A stretch of DNA of 40,000 nucleotides. Origin: Bacillus sp. CGMCC 1.16541 (lineage in GTDB: Bacteria; Bacillota; Bacilli; Bacillales; Bacillaceae_H). The notes beneath the pieces were generated by a model. It was not told where the DNA came from. It worked only from the letters and a program-made list of their open reading frames with translations, and made no database searches. A program made the translations under genes and the position numbers. The DNA lies in the NCBI RefSeq assembly GCF_003184905.1, contig NZ_QFRU01000009.1, positions 32,150 to 72,149 on the forward strand, read 5' to 3'. This document shows, in pieces, positions 33,836 through 40,000 of the stretch; within the stretch, counting starts at the first letter, position 1; every line of letters starts with the position of its first letter.

Positions 33836-34243
33836 ATGAAAAAGAATAAGCACATAAACCCTGTTCTATTTTCCCCTCCGCGAAAGCAGAATTACACCGA
33901 AAGAAAAATAAGAAAGGACAAACTGCATGACATAAAAATCCCTATAACTGAGAGCATGGACCTAGTGTTAAGAAGAGAGTCCAGAAAGTTCTGGGGAGGC
34001 TCGAAGACAGCGGTTGGCACAGAAATATTTATTTTCGGACTAAAATCATTATTTAATTACCCAGAAGTTGCATATAAAGATAGTCCATTTACTGTTCACG
34101 TCAAAATTGACCATGATACTTACGAGGAGTTAGGCTCCTATGCATCTTTATGGAAATGCAGTGCAAGAAAGGCGGCTCACAGAATATTTGTGGAGGCTTA
34201 TTTGAAAAAACAATACGGAGGAATTGCGCATGAAGAATTATAG
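33836..34243 (+). CDS. hypothetical protein (post-lysis cargo)
   Basis: ATG 7 nt after gaggagg; 135 aa. Confidence 0.55.
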   Translation: MKKNKHINPVLFSPPRKQNYTERKIRKDKLHDIKIPITESMDLVLRRESRKFWGGSKTAVGTEIFIFGLKSLFNYPEVAYKDSPFTVHVKIDHDTYEELGSYASLWKCSARKAAHRIFVEAYLKKQYGGIAHEEL

Positions 34244-34826
34244 CCAAGCTAGATTGTTAGAGCAGGAACTCTCTATGATACCTGGAGCAAAGGACTTTCT
34301 TGGCAAGCTTGTATATAAAATGCATAAATCATCGACAGTCCTACTTGTTGTCGAGGTTCCAGTGAATTTATATTTGAGAGCAGAAGTATTTTGTGAAGAT
34401 ATTCAAGATTTAAGCGAAACTTCTTTTGAACAAAACGACCTCATAAACCTTCTTTATAATGACTTTTTATTATTTGCTAAGAAGAACCCTGACCCGCAGA
34501 CACTCTTTAAAATGCTGACGTCAATAGATTCTGTATCAGCGAGAGAAAGAACATTTGTTAATGAAGAAAATAGCTCTGTATATAAAGCTATTTATACGGA
34601 GAATAGAGATGTTCCGATGCAGGAGTTGCATATAAGAATGCGAAGGAAGGCGGCCCTCAGAGGAGAGGTGTTATTAGCTGACATGGAAGAGGTCTACCCT
34701 AATCACGGATATACTCTTGAAAAGGTATTCGAACTTTTATACAGAGACTTCATTGATAAGTTTCGAAAAGGTGACAATACCGAAGCAGTAAAAGCTATTT
34801 TATCACTACTTTCGGACGATGAATAA
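34230..34826 (+). CDS. hypothetical protein (post-lysis cargo)
   Basis: ATG 8 nt after ggagg; overlaps the upstream gene by 14 nt; 198 aa. Confidence 0.55.
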   Translation: MKNYSQARLLEQELSMIPGAKDFLGKLVYKMHKSSTVLLVVEVPVNLYLRAEVFCEDIQDLSETSFEQNDLINLLYNDFLLFAKKNPDPQTLFKMLTSIDSVSARERTFVNEENSSVYKAIYTENRDVPMQELHIRMRRKAALRGEVLLADMEEVYPNHGYTLEKVFELLYRDFIDKFRKGDNTEAVKAILSLLSDDE

Positions 34827-34870
34827 AGAGTATTTATACGCCATTTAAATAGCGTTATAATGTAAATTAA

Positions 34871-34935
34871 AAAATACTGTTTCTTAATCAATATGCACAC
34901 TTTTATGCATGACAAGAAACAGTATTTTCTCATTT
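34871..34935. terminator. bidirectional terminator between convergent genes
   Basis: 15-bp perfect inverted repeat aaaatactgtttctt / aagaaacagtatttt, with T-runs on both strands. Confidence 0.7.
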
Positions 34936-34968
34936 TGCGTTACATTTTTTATCATTTTGCGCGACGAG

Positions 34969-35754
34969 CTACAACAACCAAATAGAAATTGAGTAGATAA
35001 GAATGGCGATACTACCAAAGATGATACAAAAAGCAAGAATGTCTTCATTTCCTCGTCCAATTTCAATCGGGTTGAAAAGTGAAAATAAGGACAGATTACG
35101 CATCCACTCAAACTTCTCACTCATCTTTCCAATAAGGTCCAATGCATAGAAAATGACGGTTAAAACGGCAGGTATACTCAACGCTTTTTTTTCGTCATTC
35201 ATTAAAGAAGAAAAGAAAAACGAATAGCTTGAGATTACAAAGAACAAAAAGAATGCTGCTACATTCATTTGGACAAACGCTATTACGTCGAAATCAGATG
35301 TTTCAATTAAATAAGTTCCACCTAAAATGCCAGCTAAAGTGGTCACACCTAGAATCGTAACTAACCCTGTTACACCAACCATTGCTTGTGTAATGGCAAT
35401 TTTTACCCGGGAATTCGGTGTAGCTAGTAAATAAGCCATCGAGCCATTATCAACGAGTTTAGCTAACGATCCTGTTGCAGTGGTGATGCAGTAGATACTT
35501 AAAATCACAAGTAAAAGCAATCCGTAATACTCTCCGGCAAGAAAGTCACTCAGTGAAGATAATCCTCCTTCAATTCCAAATGCCTTTAAGAAATTTTCAG
35601 GCATTGAAGCAATAATGTCATTTAATCCTTTTACATTCGAAACAGAAGGGTAAATCATCACAATTAATAGAAGATAAAAAGTAGAACCAATTGTATAACT
35701 ACTAATTGATTTTCCGTGCCCTTTTAACATCGTAAAAAATAAAGCGCGACTCAT
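34969..35754 (-). CDS. ABC-2 type transporter permease
   Basis: 261 aa with multiple hydrophobic spans. Translationally coupled to the upstream ATPase. Confidence 0.7.
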   Translation of the reverse strand: MSRALFFTMLKGHGKSISSYTIGSTFYLLLIVMIYPSVSNVKGLNDIIASMPENFLKAFGIEGGLSSLSDFLAGEYYGLLLLVILSIYCITTATGSLAKLVDNGSMAYLLATPNSRVKIAITQAMVGVTGLVTILGVTTLAGILGGTYLIETSDFDVIAFVQMNVAAFFLFFVISSYSFFFSSLMNDEKKALSIPAVLTVIFYALDLIGKMSEKFEWMRNLSLFSLFNPIEIGRGNEDILAFCIIFGSIAILIYSISIWLL

Positions 35755-36635
35755 CGTAATCCTCCTCTGTCATAGTAGTTCATAAACACATCTTCTAGAC
35801 TTTGGTGTTCAACATCTAAATGTAAAACATGAAAAGCTGAAAGCACTCGCACAAGCTCGTCATAATTTCCTTGAATGATAACTCGAGCTTTCGTTCCTTC
35901 ATAGCTTTCGACTAGAAGAGAAGAGGCAAGAAGGTTTTGTAACTCTTCTGCAGATGAGAGAGTCACAAGAAACTTTTGTGTTTGCTTTGCACGTAACTCA
36001 TGCACGGTTTCGATAGCTACAATATGTCCGTCTTTAATGATGGCTACACGATCACACGCTTTTTCAACTTCTGCAAAGATATGAGAAGACATAAAAATGG
36101 TGACGCCGCGTTTTTTTTCTTCAAGCACTAAATCAATAAACGTTTGTTGCATGAGAGGATCTAACCCTGAAGTCGGTTCATCAAGAATAAGAACGTCAGG
36201 TCGATGCATAAATGCAGCGACAATTCCTACTTTTTGTTTCATTCCTTTTGACATCTTACGAATGGGTGTGTGTACGTCGAATTGAAAACGATCAATTAAT
36301 TCATCGCGATACGTCGTATCTTGTATGTTTCTCATTCCACCCATTAACTTTAAAAAGTCTAGTCCTGTCATGTTATCTAAAAATGAAATCTCACCAGGTA
36401 AATAACCAACCCGTTCTTGAATCAATGCGGATTGCTTCCATGTATCTAATCCGTCAATCAATGCCGTGCCACTATCGCCTTTTATAAACCCCATTAAATG
36501 ACGAATAGTTGTAGATTTCCCTGCACCATTTGGTCCTAAAAACCCAAATACTTCTCCAGTTTGAACCGATAAAGTAACGTCAAAGATTCCTTTTCCATTG
36601 GGAAATGTTTTTGTTAAATTTGTGATTTCAATCAT
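35751..36635 (-). CDS. ABC transporter ATP-binding protein
   Basis: Walker A GPNGAGKST, signature-like MSKGMKQK, Walker B VLILDEPTSGLD. Confidence 0.9.
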   Translation of the reverse strand: MIEITNLTKTFPNGKGIFDVTLSVQTGEVFGFLGPNGAGKSTTIRHLMGFIKGDSGTALIDGLDTWKQSALIQERVGYLPGEISFLDNMTGLDFLKLMGGMRNIQDTTYRDELIDRFQFDVHTPIRKMSKGMKQKVGIVAAFMHRPDVLILDEPTSGLDPLMQQTFIDLVLEEKKRGVTIFMSSHIFAEVEKACDRVAIIKDGHIVAIETVHELRAKQTQKFLVTLSSAEELQNLLASSLLVESYEGTKARVIIQGNYDELVRVLSAFHVLHLDVEHQSLEDVFMNYYDRGGLR

Positions 36636-36668
36636 AAAATCTCTCCTTTAAAAGAGTTGAGAGTAAAG

Positions 36669-36780
36669 TTTTGAACTATTATATAAAAGATATTTCAAAA
36701 TTATTGTATGCTCATTTTTATGAAAAAGCAATGTATTTTTGAACTATTTGTGTTTAAAAAGTTCATTATTTTGATACAAT
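36669..36780. promoter_or_regulatory. divergent promoter/operator region of the TetR gene and ABC operon
   Basis: The 12-mer ttttgaactatt occurs twice (36669-36680, 36737-36748). tgaact...agttca forms an inverted repeat (36741-36765). An extended -10 tgatacaat lies at 36772-36780. Confidence 0.4.
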
Positions 36781-36796
36781 GAGAATGGTGATGTGA

Positions 36797-37390
36797 ATGA
36801 ATGGATTTGAAAAACGCAAAAATCAGAAAAAAGCAGATATTCGCGCTGCAGCGTATAGGTTATTTAATGAATATGGTCCCAAACAAGTGAACATGGCTCA
36901 AATTGCAAAAGAAGCTAGCGTGTCTCAAGTAACCATCTATAATCATTTTCAAAGTAAAGAACAATTATTGCGAGAAGTAATCATGGAGTATTTAGAGAAG
37001 CAATTAAGCATTTATACAACATTGATGCAAAGTGATGAGCCATTTCAAACGAAAATTGAGCATATTATTTTTGAAAAAATACATGCTAAAAATCCAATGA
37101 AGCGAGAGTTTTTTCAGTCAGCAATTGAAGGGGATGAAGAACTTCAAGCATACTTTCAACAGTATTATGAACAAAAAGCACTTCCACTTCTTGCTGCATT
37201 CATTATGGATGGTAAACAAAAAGGAGCCATTTCTAATGAAATATCAGTGGAATCGATTCTTTTTTTTATTAATGCGTTAAAACAGCAAATGGATCAATTA
37301 CCTGTCGATTCTCCGTTTTTTAATCAACCTGAAAAGGTAAAAGAAATGTTACACTTGTTCTTTTACGGCATCATGGGTAAAAACACGTAA
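36797..37390 (+). CDS. TetR/AcrR-family transcriptional regulator
   Basis: N-terminal HTH: IRAAAYRLFNEYGPKQVNMAQIAKEASVSQVTIYNHFQSKEQLL. Confidence 0.85.
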   Translation: MNGFEKRKNQKKADIRAAAYRLFNEYGPKQVNMAQIAKEASVSQVTIYNHFQSKEQLLREVIMEYLEKQLSIYTTLMQSDEPFQTKIEHIIFEKIHAKNPMKREFFQSAIEGDEELQAYFQQYYEQKALPLLAAFIMDGKQKGAISNEISVESILFFINALKQQMDQLPVDSPFFNQPEKVKEMLHLFFYGIMGKNT

Positions 37391-37522
37391 TATGAATACA
37401 ACTTAAGTGTTTAATGTTCGTCATTTAGTTAGATGCTATCACTTGACACACAATGAAATGATGATAAGATATTGATAGTGATAAACAAAGTTCGAACAAT
37501 GTAATAACAATTAAAAGGGGTT

Positions 37523-37556
37523 AGCTCATACTCGTTGAGTGGGTATGAGCTTTTTG
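37523..37556 (+). terminator. terminator-like hairpin in the symporter leader / downstream of the TetR gene
   Basis: 9-bp stem agctcatac / gtatgagct followed by ttttt. Confidence 0.5.
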
Positions 37557-37629
37557 TATACATAAGCGGTGACTGGGAGAAAGGGTTTTCACTCAATGTT
37601 CGGAATTTAAACAAAAAGGAGAGTGAACC

Positions 37630-38856
37630 GTGTTGAAAAAGCTATCATTGCTTACGCAAGTGTTAATGGCGTTTACATTAGCCCTTGTGCTTGGGTTAAT
37701 TTTCGGAGATAAAATGGCTGTCGTTCAACCGCTTGGTGATTTGTTTTTACGGTTAATTAAGTTTATTATGGCACCACTTATCTTAACAACACTTATTGTA
37801 GGAATTACAAGTTTACAAGACAGTAAACAACTGTTTAGCATGGGTGGGCGTACAATTGCTTACTACATGATTACAACACTCGTCGCAGTTGGAATTGGCA
37901 TTTTCTATGGAGTTGTGTTGTCTCCAGGTAGTGGTGTGAAAGTAGATGAGCCACAAGCGAGTGAAGCAGCTCAAGCTGAAGCACCGACGTTTGTTGAAAC
38001 CATCCTTAACATCATTCCTGAAAACCCATTTGCAGCACTAATGGACGGCAATATTTTGCAAATCATTTTCTTAGCCATTGCGATTGGATTAGGGATCTTG
38101 TTTGTTGGAGAACAAGCCAAGCCTGTAAAACAACTATTTGAATCGTTTTCGACTGTGATGTTTAAGATTACAAGTGGCGTCATGTTTATTGCGCCAATCG
38201 GTATTTTTGGTATGGTAGCTCCAATTATCGGAGAATATGGTGTAGCTGTTTTAATGCCATTAATCAAAGTGATTATAGCAGTTGCACTTGGGTGTGTAAC
38301 ACAAGTGATTATTGCATATTCATTTGCTGTAAAAGTATTTGGAAAGATGAGCCCAATTACATTCTTAAAAGGTATTGCTCCGGCAGGAATTGTTGCATTC
38401 AGTACAGCTAGTAGCGGTGCCACACTGCCTATCTCATTAAAGAACACACAAGAAAACTTAGGTGTATCGAAAAAAACAGCAAGCTTTGTTTTACCGCTTG
38501 GTGCGACGATGAACATGGATGGAAGTGCGATCTATCAAGGGGTAGCAGCCTTGTTTATCGCTCAATTTTACGGAATTGATTTAGGTATGGCAGAAATGGC
38601 GATGATTATGTTCACGGCAACAGTGGCTTCAGTAGGAACAGCAGGAGTACCTGGTGCGGGGATGATCATGTTGACTATGGTGCTTGCAGCTGTGAATTTA
38701 CCAGTAGAAGGAATTGCGCTTATTGCAGCCATCGACCGTATTCTTGATATGTTTAGAACATCAGTTAATATTGTAGGAGACGCAGCAGCGGCTGTATTTG
38801 TTGATTCATTTGAGAAAAAACGTACAGAAAAAGAAGAACACACATTGAGTGTATAA
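37630..38856 (+). CDS. dicarboxylate/amino acid:cation symporter (DAACS family)
   Basis: 408 aa, GTG after aaggagag. Polytopic, with the typical SSGATLP and NMDGSAIYQ motifs. Confidence 0.85.
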   Translation: MLKKLSLLTQVLMAFTLALVLGLIFGDKMAVVQPLGDLFLRLIKFIMAPLILTTLIVGITSLQDSKQLFSMGGRTIAYYMITTLVAVGIGIFYGVVLSPGSGVKVDEPQASEAAQAEAPTFVETILNIIPENPFAALMDGNILQIIFLAIAIGLGILFVGEQAKPVKQLFESFSTVMFKITSGVMFIAPIGIFGMVAPIIGEYGVAVLMPLIKVIIAVALGCVTQVIIAYSFAVKVFGKMSPITFLKGIAPAGIVAFSTASSGATLPISLKNTQENLGVSKKTASFVLPLGATMNMDGSAIYQGVAALFIAQFYGIDLGMAEMAMIMFTATVASVGTAGVPGAGMIMLTMVLAAVNLPVEGIALIAAIDRILDMFRTSVNIVGDAAAAVFVDSFEKKRTEKEEHTLSV

Positions 38857-38857
38857 A

Positions 38858-38898
38858 AAGTGCGAGACTTCTAACGATTGGAAGTCTCGCACTTTTTG
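38858..38898 (+). terminator. Rho-independent terminator
   Basis: 14-bp stem aagtgcgagacttc / gaagtctcgcactt followed by tttt. Confidence 0.85.
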
Positions 38899-39037
38899 AT
38901 TAATAAAGAAGAAAACGCTTTTTTGTGGACTTTAAGTGTCAATCGTTTATAATGAATGACAGTGTAAAGAGTGTCATAACAGTAAATAGCGAACAAGATG
39001 GGCATACTACAAGAAGCAAATATGAAGGAGTTTTTTT

Positions 39038-39997
39038 ATGGAAAAAATTAAAATGTTTTCACATAATGATTTAGACGGTGTAAGTCCTGCGATTTTAGGA
39101 ATGCTTGCATTTGAAGAGAAAGAATTTGATTACGATACAGTAGGCATTGGTCGTATTGATGAAACGGTTACACACTTTTTAGATGAACATAATGACAAAA
39201 ATACAGAGATTTACATAACAGATATTAGTGTTAGTGATGAAGTAGCACATCGGTTAAATGAGCTTGTTGAACAAGGACAAAAAGTCACACTCATCGATCA
39301 TCACATTTCAGCATTGCCTCTTTCTGAAAAATATGAGTGGGTTCATGTGACACCAGAAGACTCTTCGGGTACAAAAACAGCTGCCACTTCGTTATTTTAT
39401 GAGTATTTAATTCAACAAAACCTTTTAACGAGAACAAAAGCGTTAGATGAATACGTTGAACTTGTTCGTTTATTTGATACATGGGATTGGTTCAGAGAAA
39501 AAAACGAAAAAGCAAAAAGGTTGAATCATCTTTATTATTTAATCAATCATGAAGAATTTAAAGACATGGTCTATGAAAAATTAAAAGCTTCTTATGAAGA
39601 AGATGAGTTGTTCACATTTAATGAGCGTCATGAAATTTTACTAGAAGCTGAAGAAAAGAAAATTGAAAAATACATTCAAGATAAACAAAAGCAAATGATA
39701 ACAGCTTCGGTTACCATTGCTGAGGAAGAATATGTAGCTGGAATTGTCTTTGCAGAAAATTATCAATCAGAATTAGGGAACGCTCTTTGTTTAGAGCACG
39801 AAGACATTGACTTTTCTGTACTAATTGATATGGGGCGTCAAAAAATAGGATTCCGAGCAGTAAAAGACCAGATTAACTTAGCTGACATTGCCGGCCATTT
39901 AGGTGGAGGTGGACATCCAAAAGCATCTGGCTGTTCACTCACACATGAAACATTTAAGTTATTTGTCGTTTCTCAATTGTTCAACGAAAAAAAATAA
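39038..39997 (+). CDS. nrnB: DHH/DHHA1 phosphoesterase, NrnB-like oligoribonuclease
   Basis: Contains SHNDLDGV, LIDHH and GGGGHPKASGC. The overall layout recalls B. subtilis NrnB (YngD), from memory. Confidence 0.7.
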   Translation: MEKIKMFSHNDLDGVSPAILGMLAFEEKEFDYDTVGIGRIDETVTHFLDEHNDKNTEIYITDISVSDEVAHRLNELVEQGQKVTLIDHHISALPLSEKYEWVHVTPEDSSGTKTAATSLFYEYLIQQNLLTRTKALDEYVELVRLFDTWDWFREKNEKAKRLNHLYYLINHEEFKDMVYEKLKASYEEDELFTFNERHEILLEAEEKKIEKYIQDKQKQMITASVTIAEEEYVAGIVFAENYQSELGNALCLEHEDIDFSVLIDMGRQKIGFRAVKDQINLADIAGHLGGGGHPKASGCSLTHETFKLFVVSQLFNEKK

Positions 39998-40000
39998 ATC

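Larger units (their letters stand above)
1..34860. mobile_element. Prophage / phage genome segment (left end outside window; right boundary approximate)
   Basis: Continuous same-strand array of replication, regulatory, terminase, portal, capsid, contractile-tail, DGR and lysis genes. From ~34.97 kb onward there are convergent housekeeping-type genes. Confidence 0.85.

Noticed and set aside
34830-34968. Calling an exact attR or Mu-type right end
   Set aside because: The region contains only a bidirectional terminator. Without the left end there is no repeat to pair, so the boundary is left approximate.
37971-38843. Minus-strand ORFs (181 aa and 91 aa) within the symporter gene
   Set aside because: They are antisense to a clear polytopic transporter CDS, with no start context.
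1-40000. CRISPR arrays, rRNA genes or canonical full-length tRNA genes
   Set aside because: I could not recognise any. The only T-loop/CCA signatures are the two armless minihelices.

Overview
About 34.9 kb of this window is a temperate phage or prophage of a low-GC Firmicute (Bacillus-like codon usage and RBSs), almost all on the + strand. The last ~5 kb is host chromosome. The phage left end lies outside the window.

Gene order:
- Early/middle genes: DnaD-domain replication protein (partial), many small ORFs, a truncated N6-methylase-like protein, Mu Gam-like, GemA-like, ASCH and Mor-like proteins.
- Packaging and head: Mu gp27-like small terminase, large terminase, SPP1-type portal, MuF-like protein, scaffold, decoration protein, capsid.
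- PBSX-like contractile tail: sheath, tube, chaperone with a -1 frameshift, tape measure, LysM protein, baseplate.
- A complete diversity-generating retroelement (avd, TR, RT, target with VR), then an XkdX-like protein, holin and amidase.
- A few uncharacterised cargo genes at the prophage end.
- Host genes: ABC-2 exporter pair (minus strand), TetR regulator, cation:dicarboxylate/amino-acid symporter, NrnB-like DHH phosphoesterase.

Two things stand out.
1. The DGR is supported directly by a 96-nt TR/VR pair with 14 mismatches, 13 of them at TR adenines. Its gene order is unusual and the VR sits in the N-terminal third of a tail-fibre-like protein.
2. A ~660-bp non-coding, locally GC-enriched locus lies between the terminase genes. 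It is bracketed by two 44-nt tRNA-like acceptor/T-arm minihelices that end in encoded CCA. Each is preceded by a hairpin, and neither has a D arm or anticodon arm. I cannot assign this locus to any family from memory, and it is my best candidate for something undescribed.
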